64,000 nucleotides of DNA. It comes from a virus. Taxonomy: Duplodnaviria; Caudoviricetes. The DNA lies in the IMG/VR virus record IMGVR_UViG_3300028048_000001, positions 96,001 through 160,000 of that record; one strand, written 5' to 3'. The notes under the pieces are model-generated. The model did not search any database. It saw nothing but the letters and a program-made list of their open reading frames with translations, and was not told where the DNA came from. The stretch's first letter is position 1; every line of letters starts with the position of its first letter. Position numbers and translations under genes: made by a program. Below are positions 37,530-48,400 of this stretch, piece after piece.

Positions 37530-40421
37530 GTGAAAGGTATGGTATGTATAAAAATGCTCTTAGATAGTTCATATACAATCATTCCACAAATTAGGTTTAT
37601 ACTTTCTTTTGATAATGATGTAACAAAAACTGTAACTGTTAAACACGAAGATACCGTCTCTTGTACATATAAGAAGAATGGTGAAAAGTTTTCAATTGTT
37701 GGTGTTGTAACTAAGATTGGATGCAATTTTAATTCTTCTCTTGGAGCAGTAAGCACCACTGCTTATATTCAAATAGATGGTTCTTCTGAATATTCTGGAC
37801 AAGTTATTTACGTTCAGCCAACTCAAATTCTTGATATTAATGTGATATCTTCTAGTGGCACTGTAGAAAATATTGTTTGCTCTGTATCTAATGAAGATCA
37901 GAGAATTACATTAGTTAGAGAAAATGAAGTTGGAGTATTCCAATATAGCCTGGATGGTATTACTTGGAATACTGCTGTTGGATCTCAAGGCATGTCTGCA
38001 TATGAATGTGCAGTTGCTTTAGGTTTTGAAGGAACAGAAGCTGAATGGTTAACTAGTCTCATTGGTCCTAAAGGTGATACTGGAGAAGCTGGAGCTCTTG
38101 AAATTTATAGAGTATTCCATTCTATCAGAGAAGCTGAAAGAGATAGATGCGAAGTTCCAAAAGGAAAACTCGTAGCTATCGTATTAGAAGAGGATACATA
38201 TCTCTTTGTAAGAAAAGATGAAGATGATAAATCTAGTCACTGTGGGTGTGGTTGCTTCATTGATGAAGATGGAAAAACTGATCCTATTAATGTAAAAGGA
38301 TATGATTACCTCGGGTCTCTTACTGTTGGACCAGAAGGACCGGAAGGTAAACCTGGTAAATCTGCATATGAATATGCTGTTGAAGGGGGATATCCTGGAA
38401 CAGAAGAGGAATTTATTCAGACACTTGGTAAATCTGCTGTAGCTGTTACTAGTTTCTATATGGGCAAAGATCCTACATTAAGAGAGACCGTTATTGGTCC
38501 TATTGATATGAAGGTCTTTGGATATACAGATAAAGAGACTTTTAAGAGTACAGAATTATCTAGAATAGATATTTATTCTAAGATAAGAGATATTAATCAA
38601 ACTTTATTATTACCAGAAACTATTATTCTTAGAGCTGTTCCAACTAAGAATACTGCTGCTAAACCCAATTTAATTATAGATGATCAGATGTATGTTGCTG
38701 ACCATATTACAAGCTATAATGGAAAAATTGGTGTTCTTAGAAGAGTAAAATATATTGAATCATATAGTGGAGAAACTATCATTTCGGATTGGATTTCTTC
38801 TACTGGTGAATTAGATTATGGTGCTGAAATTCAATATGTTATTGATGGAGAATTTCAAGAATTCACCCCAGAAGTTCAAACTCAATATAGGAAACTTCAT
38901 ACATATGATGATATAACTACTATTGAAACTACAGAATCTACTTATATTTCAATAGTATATCCTATTGATATTACTAAATTTGTACATACATATGTAACCA
39001 CATATATTGAAGAACACAAAGAAGAAATTATAGCTCCTATTGTAAGAGAAATTATTGATCTTCCTGATGGAGAAACATTATCTACATTTGTTGATAAAAA
39101 AATTAAAGATGTAACAGGAGATCTTCCTGATGGTTATGATTCTGTTACAGATTATATTAATGATAAAATTGGACCTCTTCCAGATGGTGTTGATTCTATT
39201 GTAGATTTATTGGATAAAACAGTAGGAGAACTTCCTGATGGAATAGATTCTGTAGTTGATTATATTAAAGATATAGTAGGCGAATTACCAGATGGTGTCG
39301 ATTCTATTGTAGATTTTATCAATGATATAAAAGATACTATAGGTGAAATTCCAGATGGCTATGATTCTGTAATAGACTATATTAAAGACACTGTTGGAGA
39401 AGTTCCTGAAGAGTATGAAACTCTATCTGAATATATCACTGCTGTTAAAACTAAAGTAGGAGATATTCCTGATGAATATGAAACAGTAGCTGAGTATTTG
39501 GAAGCTATCAATGATAAAATTGGACCTCTTCCAGATGGTGTTGATTCTATTGTAGATTTTATCAATGATGAAATCGGTGAAATTCCAGAAGAATATGATT
39601 CTGTAATTGATTATCTTGATGATGTTAAAGCATCTATTGGACCAATTCCAGATGGATATAATTCTTTAGCTGAATATATTGATGATGTTATTGGTGAATT
39701 ACCAGATGAGTACAATTCTATTACTGAGTATATTAATGCACTTAAAAACGAAATCGGTGAATTACCAGATGAATATGATTCTGTAGTAGAATATTTAGCT
39801 GATCTTAAATCTAAAATTGGTGAAATACCGAATGAGTACGATTCTGTTGCAGATTACATTAAACATCTTGTTGGTGAAATTCCAGATGAATATGATTCTG
39901 TTGCAGATTATTTAGCTAGTCTTAAATCTAAAATTGGTGAAATTCCTAGTGAATATGATTCATTAGCCGATTACGTAAGTAATAATACAGAATTTCAAGA
40001 ACCATTTACTACAACAGTTTCTGTAGGAGCTGTTCCTGCTGGTACATATATTGATTCTATGGGAAAATTGATTGATCTTGTTAAAGAATCTGTCGATCCT
40101 ACTGTAGAAGAAGATAACACTATTATTTATGTAGGTGTAGTAAATGATGTACCACTTACGAATTTTGATGGATTAGAAGAAGTAACCATTAAAACTGCTA
40201 CTATAAAGTATGATAAGTTTATCAATTCTTATAGTTCTAATGATCAGCATCTTATTTATGCTGCACCGAAGACTCTTGGTGAACTTATTGCTATTAAAGA
40301 TGCTAGTACATTAAATTGTTTAAATATTTGGTCTTGTACAGAATATAATGGTTATTATATTTATTACACCAATGAACCTCTTACGCTTGAAGATTACGAA
40401 CTTATATTTTACTACAGATAA
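37530..40421 (+). CDS. Tail/fibre-associated structural protein with short collagen-like segments and acidic repeats
   Basis: SAYE.AV..GF.GTE.EW motif, GPKGDTG/GPEGPEGKPG, many IGE[LI]PD[GE]YDS..DY repeats. Confidence 0.65.
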   Translation: MKGMVCIKMLLDSSYTIIPQIRFILSFDNDVTKTVTVKHEDTVSCTYKKNGEKFSIVGVVTKIGCNFNSSLGAVSTTAYIQIDGSSEYSGQVIYVQPTQILDINVISSSGTVENIVCSVSNEDQRITLVRENEVGVFQYSLDGITWNTAVGSQGMSAYECAVALGFEGTEAEWLTSLIGPKGDTGEAGALEIYRVFHSIREAERDRCEVPKGKLVAIVLEEDTYLFVRKDEDDKSSHCGCGCFIDEDGKTDPINVKGYDYLGSLTVGPEGPEGKPGKSAYEYAVEGGYPGTEEEFIQTLGKSAVAVTSFYMGKDPTLRETVIGPIDMKVFGYTDKETFKSTELSRIDIYSKIRDINQTLLLPETIILRAVPTKNTAAKPNLIIDDQMYVADHITSYNGKIGVLRRVKYIESYSGETIISDWISSTGELDYGAEIQYVIDGEFQEFTPEVQTQYRKLHTYDDITTIETTESTYISIVYPIDITKFVHTYVTTYIEEHKEEIIAPIVREIIDLPDGETLSTFVDKKIKDVTGDLPDGYDSVTDYINDKIGPLPDGVDSIVDLLDKTVGELPDGIDSVVDYIKDIVGELPDGVDSIVDFINDIKDTIGEIPDGYDSVIDYIKDTVGEVPEEYETLSEYITAVKTKVGDIPDEYETVAEYLEAINDKIGPLPDGVDSIVDFINDEIGEIPEEYDSVIDYLDDVKASIGPIPDGYNSLAEYIDDVIGELPDEYNSITEYINALKNEIGELPDEYDSVVEYLADLKSKIGEIPNEYDSVADYIKHLVGEIPDEYDSVADYLASLKSKIGEIPSEYDSLADYVSNNTEFQEPFTTTVSVGAVPAGTYIDSMGKLIDLVKESVDPTVEEDNTIIYVGVVNDVPLTNFDGLEEVTIKTATIKYDKFINSYSSNDQHLIYAAPKTLGELIAIKDASTLNCLNIWSCTEYNGYYIYYTNEPLTLEDYELIFYYR

Positions 40422-40436
40422 TAGGGGGACTTATCT

Positions 40437-41180
40437 ATGATTACTGCTATTCAAGGTTTTGAATTAAAAACTAGAGAAGCCATAGATAATCGTCTTGTAT
40501 TATCTAAGGTAGAAATGCTTAATATTAATGATAACCATATGCCAGAAAAATATTTTGCAGTATGTAAAGACGATGGTTATCTTTATATTTACAATAAGAA
40601 TTCTGCTCTTATAACTTCTGAGACTGGTAAATTTAAGAAATATTCTTATTGTAAAATTGAATCTATTAGTATAAATGGTATAAATCTTCCTATTGATGAT
40701 AGTCTTAACGTTGAAATTCCTATTGCAACAAAAAATGAATTTGGCGTTTCTATGGCTGGATATGGAATCGTATCTGATAATGGTGTTTATAATATCGATT
40801 TTAATGCTATTGATGACGATTCTATTCCGATTGAGAAAGTTCAATGGGAAAATGCTATTATAGTACGTGGATACTATTATAATGGTGAATTCTATCAAGA
40901 TATTGAGCATAAAATAAAATATGTTCCTTATGAATATAAGATTTATATCAATATAGATACATCTAGTATTTATGTATGGAATGGTGAAAACTATATATCA
41001 GCTGAATCCAATGTGCCATATGGATCTGATACTGTACCTGGAATTATTAAATTATATCAATCTACTGGTAATAATACTGATGGTTCTATTTCTCAGAAAA
41101 CAGCTACAGAAGAACTTAATAAAAGATTTAAAGTAACTGCAAATGAAGAGGAAGAAACCATTAGTTTATTTAACAATTAA
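40437..41180 (+). CDS. Tail fibre-associated structural protein
   Basis: GIIKLYQSTGNNTDGSISQK fibre-type motif; operonic. Confidence 0.55.
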   Translation: MITAIQGFELKTREAIDNRLVLSKVEMLNINDNHMPEKYFAVCKDDGYLYIYNKNSALITSETGKFKKYSYCKIESISINGINLPIDDSLNVEIPIATKNEFGVSMAGYGIVSDNGVYNIDFNAIDDDSIPIEKVQWENAIIVRGYYYNGEFYQDIEHKIKYVPYEYKIYINIDTSSIYVWNGENYISAESNVPYGSDTVPGIIKLYQSTGNNTDGSISQKTATEELNKRFKVTANEEEETISLFNN

Positions 41181-41221
41181 ATAAATCTATAAATTAAATT
41201 CTCAAAAAGGAGATAAATATT

Positions 41222-42595
41222 ATGTCTTTTACGCCTAGTTATGATCATAATACTACAATGTCTAAACTTAATGTCAATGGTTCTATTTATTGGCTTAAGG
41301 ATGCTGATTTAAGAGCTATTATCGCTACTTTTGGTGATGCTGTTCTTAAAGATGTCGATGTTACTTTTGTTGAAGATAGCACTAATCTTGTGACTTCTGC
41401 AGCTATTCAGGCTTGGGTCGAAGATCAGATTAGTGACCTTGAAGGTGCTATGCACTTCAGAGGTGTCATTACTAGACAAGAAGGTGAGAGTGATACACAG
41501 GCTATTGCTCGTGTAGTTGCTGAGCCTGAGGCTGGTGATGTTGTTATCATGCAGGATAATGGTAAAGAATATATTTATGGCGGTTCCTCTTGGGAAGAGC
41601 TTGGTGACCAGAATATTTATCTGACCATTGCTACTGCAGCTGCTACTTATGTTCCAAAGACTACCACTGTTGCTGGTATTGCTCTCGACCATAGCATTAC
41701 TGTTTCTGAACTTGAAGCTGCTTCTGCTCTTAATCTTAAGGCTCTTGCTCATAAAGATTCTGCTACTGGTTCTGTGACTACTGCAGATTCTATTGATGAT
41801 ATAACCGTTGCTAAGGCTGGTGAATATGCTATCTCTGGTGATACTGTTGCTGTTCCTCAGACCTGGAATGCAATGGATGTTACTCCTGCTGGTACTGTTG
41901 CAATCACTGCTGGTACTGCAGCTGCTGCAACTTATCAGAAGACTTCTAGTGCTACTATTGCTGCTTCTGCTCCTGGAGATGGACAGACTGCAAACTATAC
42001 TCCTGCTGGTTCTGTTACTCTTCCGACCATCACTGCAGCTGTTACTCTTGGTAAAGAAGCTGTTGCTACCGTTACCGATGCAGGTACTGCATATACTATT
42101 AGTGATGGTGGTGTTACCAAAGCTGCAGATACTACTGCTAAGTTTGTTAAGAAGGGTGTTTCCTTTGCAATGGATACCACCGATACTGAGCAGCTGAATC
42201 TTAACTATGTTGCCACTACTGATACTGAGTTCTATACCGATGCTGTTACTGCAGCTGGTGATATTACTTATACCAAGCAGACCCTGTCTGGTGCTCTTCC
42301 GACCTTTGGTTCTAAGGATGTTGCTACTAGTGTTTCCTCTGCTACTGCAGTTTATGATGGTGATGCAACCTTTAATGGTACTGGTGCTGTTATTGGTGCT
42401 ACTCTTGCATACGAGACCGCAAATGCAACTGTTACTCAGCCTACCTTCACTGGTACGTTCTCTGGTACTGCTGCATCTGTTACTCCTACTGCTGCTACCA
42501 CTACTGATGCTCTTGCAAGCGGTAACATCACTGTTCCGACCGAGACCATTTCTCTTACTCTTAATAAGACCAGCAAGACCGTTACTGTTTCCTGA
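41222..42595 (+). CDS. Thr/Ala-rich virion fibre or decoration protein
   Basis: GAMHFRGV..AGDV..EYIY..WEELGD domain; biased highly-expressed codon usage; terminator at 42628-42660. Confidence 0.6.
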   Translation: MSFTPSYDHNTTMSKLNVNGSIYWLKDADLRAIIATFGDAVLKDVDVTFVEDSTNLVTSAAIQAWVEDQISDLEGAMHFRGVITRQEGESDTQAIARVVAEPEAGDVVIMQDNGKEYIYGGSSWEELGDQNIYLTIATAAATYVPKTTTVAGIALDHSITVSELEAASALNLKALAHKDSATGSVTTADSIDDITVAKAGEYAISGDTVAVPQTWNAMDVTPAGTVAITAGTAAAATYQKTSSATIAASAPGDGQTANYTPAGSVTLPTITAAVTLGKEAVATVTDAGTAYTISDGGVTKAADTTAKFVKKGVSFAMDTTDTEQLNLNYVATTDTEFYTDAVTAAGDITYTKQTLSGALPTFGSKDVATSVSSATAVYDGDATFNGTGAVIGATLAYETANATVTQPTFTGTFSGTAASVTPTAATTTDALASGNITVPTETISLTLNKTSKTVTVS

Positions 42596-42719
42596 TTTAA
42601 GTCTAGCTCTTATTATTAAAGACAATATGGGGAGGGAAGATACTTCCCTCCCTGTTTTTTATTATCAAACAGACATCTTAATATAAGTATTTATATATTA
42701 AGATTCGGAGATAATAAAA

Positions 42720-43738
42720 ATGAATAATTCTAATTGGTTATCAGTAATAATACCAGCATATAACTGTGTAAATACCATCGAAAGATTATTAGATTCTATT
42801 CTTGATCAGCAATGATGATGATTTAGAAATTATTATTTGTGATGATCATTCTACTGATAATTTTATGGATAAAGTTAAGCCATATTATGATAAACTTAAT
42901 ATAAAATATTATAAAACTAAAGATAGAGAAATACATTGTCCTAGTAATACAAGATTAGATGCATGGAAACATGCTACAGGAGAATGGATTACTTTTATAG
43001 ACTCAGATGATATGTGAACCTGATGTTTTTAAAGAAATAAAAAAACTTATAATAGAAAATGATGAAAAATATTTAGTATTTACTAATTTTAGAGATTATA
43101 ATTATGATACAAATAATTATAATCTTACTTTTACTGGTGGTACATGGCATCATGGTAAGTTTTATAATAGACAATGGCTAATTGATGAAGGAATAGATTT
43201 TAAAGAAAATTTATATACTAATGAAGATTTATATTTTAATGGATTAGTAATTGCTACATTAGAAGTAAAAGAATATAATTATACACAATCAGATATTTGT
43301 ACATATAAATGGGTATATAATCCAAAATCTTTTACAAGATCATTTGATTCTAGTAAGCATAGCCTACTAGAAACTTATTTTGAAGATTATTCATTTGCTG
43401 CAATTGATCCCTGGATAAATATATTACATAAATATCCAAATAAAAAAGATACTATCTTTTCACATTTATGTTTGATGATTCTTTATATGTATTTTTATAT
43501 TCAAGCTTATAAATTTTCTTTAGGAGACAAATATATTAAAAATAATGAAGATCTTATCAGAAAATCAATAATAAAAACATGTAAAAATTGCAATAAAAAT
43601 ATATCAGATATTATTAATTTAATATATTCTGATCCAAAATTTTATGATGAAATTAAACATGATGCTGAAACTGGAAGTAATAAATTTATAGAAGATGAAA
43701 GCTTTAAAGCTTTTATTAATAGAATTTTAATTTTATAA
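42720..43738 (+). pseudogene. Frameshifted GT2 glycosyltransferase, paralog of 44348..45376
   Basis: Starts MNNSNWLSVIIPAYN; +1 nt near 42810 (CAGCAATGAT vs CAACATGAT) and -2 nt near 43015 (ATGTGAA vs ATGTTTGAA). Confidence 0.85.
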
Positions 43739-43830
43739 ATAATCTATTTAAAAATGAAAATGGACTGAAATGATGTCTATTAAATAAAAATACCTTCTTT
43801 TTGAAATGAGATAAAAGGAGTAATATAGAA

Positions 43831-44079
43831 ATGAGTAATAATAAAAAAGATATAGCCATCGTTAAAAGAGACAGCACTAAAAATTGGCTAAAAGCACAAA
43901 ACTATATTCCTCCTCTTGGTACTATAATTATTATGGAGAATGAAGATGGATCAATAGATAAAATAAGATTTGGTAATGGAAGCACAAATTTACATGATTT
44001 ACCAGATTTGATACAAGAAAGATATACTTCTTCTAATAAAACTAAATATCATCAAAACGAAGAATTATTAGAATTATAA
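43831..44079 (+). CDS. Stand-alone Mtd_N/HylP-N-like fibre adaptor domain
   Basis: KRDS..NW......P.G.......KIRFGNG.T...DLP pattern; AAGGAG RBS. Confidence 0.6.
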   Translation: MSNNKKDIAIVKRDSTKNWLKAQNYIPPLGTIIIMENEDGSIDKIRFGNGSTNLHDLPDLIQERYTSSNKTKYHQNEELLEL

Positions 44080-44114
44080 AAACAAATTTTTCATAATAAT
44101 TAGGAGGAAATATT

Positions 44115-44288
44115 ATGTCAGATATTTCTAAACTTAAAGTAGAAGGTACAGTGTATAATATTAAAGATTTAACCGCTAGAAATTCAGCTTCTGATGCTTT
44201 AAAGAATGATGAAAAATATTCTAGTACGCAACCTTCTGCAGGAACCCAGAATGTTGGAGCGTTTTGGACTCAAATTCTTGACTCTTGA
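44115..44288 (+). CDS. Small 57-aa structural protein (not in the ORF track)
   Basis: AGGAGG RBS; MSDISKLKVEGTVYNIKDLTAR resembles MSKLNVNGSIYWLKDADLR of 41222..42595. Confidence 0.65.
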   Translation: MSDISKLKVEGTVYNIKDLTARNSASDALKNDEKYSSTQPSAGTQNVGAFWTQILDS

Positions 44289-44347
44289 TAAAAAATAAGT
44301 AATCAGCACTTACTTAATTTATTATTTATATTTGGGAGAAAATAAAT

Positions 44348-45376
44348 ATGTACAAACATGATCCTAATTCTAATTGGTTATCAATTATTATACCAGCATA
44401 CAATTGTTCAAAGACTATAGGGAGATTATTAGATTCTATTCTTGATCAACATGATGATGATTTAGAAATTATTATTTGTGATGATCATTCTACTGATAAT
44501 TTTATGGATAATGTTGTTCCCTATACAGATAAACTTAATATAAAATATTTTCAAACTATTCCAAGAGAACTTCATTGCCCAGGTAATACTAGATTTGACG
44601 GTTGGCATCATGCAACTGGAGAATGGATTACTTTTATAGATAATGATGATATGTTTGAACCAAATGTTTTTGGTAGGATAAAAGAAGAAATTGATAAAAA
44701 TAATGAAAGAAGATTTGTATATACATTATTCAGAGATTATATAGTTGAAACTGGTGAGTATATGCAAGTATTTGATGGTATTACTTGGATGCATGGTAAG
44801 TTTTATAACAGGCAATGGTTAATTGATGAAGGAATAGATTTTAAGGAAAACTTGTATACACATGAAGATTTATATTTTAACAGTTTGGTTGCTTCTACTA
44901 TGGTAAGTCAAGATATTACATATACTAGAATAGAAGATATTTATACTTATAAATGGGTATATAGATTAGATTCTATGAGTAGAAGATATGCCAATGCTAC
45001 AAATGGATTTATTGAAACATATTTTAAAGATTATGTGTATTCAGTCATGGAAGCTTGGCTAGGGACTTATCATAAATTTGGAAAACACAAAGACTATTTC
45101 TTCAAGCAGTTAAGTTCTACTATACTTTATCTATATTTTTATTATCAAAGTTTTGTTTGGTCTAAAGGTGCTGATAAAGTTAAAAAGGATAATATAAAAG
45201 TAATAAAATATGCATTAAATAGACTATGCAAAGAATTTGATTGCACTAGACTTGATGTTTTAAATTTCTTATATTCAGATCCTTCTTATTATAATAGAAT
45301 TAAACATGAAGCTGAAATAGGTAATTGTGAATTCATTGAAGTGACCAGTCTTTACGATTTTATTAATTCTTTATAA
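44348..45376 (+). CDS. Glycosyltransferase family 2
   Basis: SIIIPAYN, IICDDHSTD, FIDNDD (DxD), HEDLYF. Confidence 0.9.
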   Translation: MYKHDPNSNWLSIIIPAYNCSKTIGRLLDSILDQHDDDLEIIICDDHSTDNFMDNVVPYTDKLNIKYFQTIPRELHCPGNTRFDGWHHATGEWITFIDNDDMFEPNVFGRIKEEIDKNNERRFVYTLFRDYIVETGEYMQVFDGITWMHGKFYNRQWLIDEGIDFKENLYTHEDLYFNSLVASTMVSQDITYTRIEDIYTYKWVYRLDSMSRRYANATNGFIETYFKDYVYSVMEAWLGTYHKFGKHKDYFFKQLSSTILYLYFYYQSFVWSKGADKVKKDNIKVIKYALNRLCKEFDCTRLDVLNFLYSDPSYYNRIKHEAEIGNCEFIEVTSLYDFINSL

Positions 45377-45413
45377 ATACTTTTTAATATAACTTGTGAA
45401 AGGAATTAATACG

Positions 45414-48400
45414 ATGGCTGGCTTTGTTAAAACTAAAAGACATGTCTTAACCGATGATGGTTATAAGACTATATCTCAATGGAGTAATGCTAATTCTGTT
45501 GAGATGGATAATGGAACAAATGTTCAAACAGAAATTACAAATTTAAAAAATACTGCTACTAGTGCAGCTAATGGGCTTATGTCCAAGGATGATAAAGCTA
45601 AATTAGATACTGTAGCAACTTCTGCTAATAACTATACTCATCCTACATATACAGCAAAAACTAATGATCTTTATAAAGTAACAGTTGATAATACTGGTCA
45701 TGTTAATGCTGCAACTAAAGTGGTAAAAAGTGATATTACTGCTCTTGGTATACCTGCACAAGATACCACTTATGCTGTTGCTACTACTGCTAAAAATGGC
45801 CTTATGTCTTCAGCTAATGTAACAAAATTATCTACTATTGATACTAGTGCTAATAACTATGTTCATCCATCATTTACAGCTGCTGAGTCTGGATTATATA
45901 AAGTAACTGTTAATAATGAAGGACATGTATCCGCTACTGCTGCTGTTACTAAAGCAGATATTACTGCTCTTGGTATTCCTGGAGAAGATACTAATACTAC
46001 CTATGCTGTTGCTACTACTGCAGCTAATGGCTTAATGTCTAAAGATGATAAAGCTAAATTAAATAGTATAGCAGCATCTGCTAATAACTATACTCATCCT
46101 ACCTATACTAGTTCTGCTAGTGGATTTAAGAAGTTTACTGTAGATGGTACTGGACATGTATCTGCTACTGCTGCTGTTGCTAAGAGTGATATTACTGCTC
46201 TTGGTATTCCTGCACAAGATACTACTTATGCTGTTGCTACTACTGCAGCTAATGGTTTACTGTCTAAAGATGATAAAACTAAGTTAGACAGTATAGCTGC
46301 TAGTGCTAATAACTATACTCATCCTACCTATACATCTGCTGCTAGTGGTTTTTATAAAGTAGCAATTAGTGATGAAGGTCATGTTAATGAAGTTACTAAT
46401 GTAATAAAAGCAGATATAACAGATCTTGGTATACCTGCACAAGATACTACTTATGCTGCATTTACTTCTGCTGCTGAAGGATTAGTACCTGCTGCTAAGA
46501 ATGGTACTACTAACTATGCAACTTCTGGTTATGTATTAACCGGTGCTGGATGGAAAGCTGGTACTAAATATAATACCGATACTACCTATGCTGTTGCTAC
46601 TACCGCAGCTAATGGTTTGCTGTCTAAAGATGATAAGATTAAGTTAGATGGTATAGCAGAAGGAGCTAATAACTATACACATCCTACCTATACTAGTTCT
46701 GCTTCTGGATTTAAGAAGTTTACTGTAGATGGTACTGGACATGTTAGTGCTACTGCTGCTGTTGCTAAGAGTGATATTACTGGATTAGGTATACCTGCAC
46801 AAGATACTACCTATGCAGCTGTTACTACTGCTACAGACGGTTTAATGATTGCTGCAGATAAAACTAAGTTAGATGGTATAGCAGAAGGAGCTAATAACTA
46901 TACTCATCCTACCTATACTAGTTCTGCTAGTGGATTTAAGAAGTTTACTGTAGATGGTACTGGACATGTATCTGCTACTGCTGCTGTTGCTAAGAGTGAT
47001 ATTACTGGATTAGGTATACCTGCACAAGATACTACTTATGCAGCATTTACTAGTGCAGCTAATGGTCTTGTTCCGGCTGCTAAGAATGGTACTACTAACT
47101 ATGCTACTAGTGCTTATGTTCTTACTGGAGCTGGTTGGAAATCTGGTACTAAATATAATACTGATACTACCTATGCTACCGCTACTACTGCAGCTAATGG
47201 TTTGTTGTCTAAGGATGATAAAACTAAGTTAGATAGTATTGCAGAAGGAGCTAATAATTATACTCATCCTACCTATACATCTGCTGAATCAGGATTATAT
47301 AAAGTAGCTGTAGATGGTACTGGACATGTATCTAGAGCAACAGCTGTTACGAAGAGTGATATTACTGCTCTTGGTATTCCTGGAGAAGATACTAATACCA
47401 CCTATGCAGCATTTACTTCTGCAGCTGAAGGATTAGTACCTGCTGCTAAATCTGGTAGTACCAACTATGCAACTTCTGCATACGTTCTTACTGGTGCTGG
47501 TTGGAAAGCTGGTACTAAGTATAATACTGATACTAATACTACCTATGCTGCTGTTACTACTGCGGCAGATGGTTTAATGACAAGCACCGATAAAACTAAG
47601 TTAGATGGTATTGCAGAAGGTGCTAATAACTATACTCATCCTACTTATACTAGTTCTGCTAGTGGATTTAAGAAGTTTACTGTAGATGCAACAGGACATG
47701 TATCTGCTACCGCTGCTGTTGCTAAAACAGATATTACTGGATTAGGTATACCTGCACAAGATACTACTTATGCAGCATTTACTAGTGCAGCTAATGGTTT
47801 AGTACCTGCTGCTAAGAATGGTAGTACTAGTTATCTTACTTCTGCTTATGTATTAACTGGTGCCGGATGGAAAGCTGGTACTAAGTATAATACCGATACT
47901 ACTTATGCTGTTGCCACTACCACAGCTAATGGCCTTATGTCTTCAGCAATGGTTACATCTCTTAATAATTCTATTCCATCTTCTGAAAAAGGTGCCAATA
48001 ATGGTGTAGCTCCTTTAAATGCATCTGGACAGATTGATTCTGCATATCTTCCTGCATATGTTGATGATGTATTAGAATTTGAATCTAGAGATGCATTCCC
48101 AGCTACAGGAGAATCTGGAAAGATTTATGTAGATATATCTGTTGAAGAGAATAATACATATAGATGGTCAGGTAGTACTTATATTCTTATTGCTAAGAAT
48201 ACAAATACTACTTATTCTATTAGTAAAAGTGGATCTACTATTACTCTTACTGGTAGCGATGGATCAACATCCACTGTAAGTGATGCTAATACTACCTATG
48301 CAGCTGTTACTACTGCAGCTAATGGCTTAATGTCTAAGGATGATAAAATTAAGTTAAATAGCATAGATGCATCTGCTAATAACTATACTCATCCTACTTA

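Noticed and set aside
41309-42625. 438-aa minus-strand ORF, plus alternate-frame ORFs 41808..42197 and 42207..42686
   Set aside because: Shadow ORFs caused by the strong NNT codon bias (GCT/ACT/GGT) of the real + strand gene; Ser- or Leu-rich nonsense composition
42802-43738. Two independent genes (71 aa and 243 aa) or programmed frameshifting
   Set aside because: Collinear fragments of one GT2; the indels are simple relative to the intact paralog and lack slippery sequences
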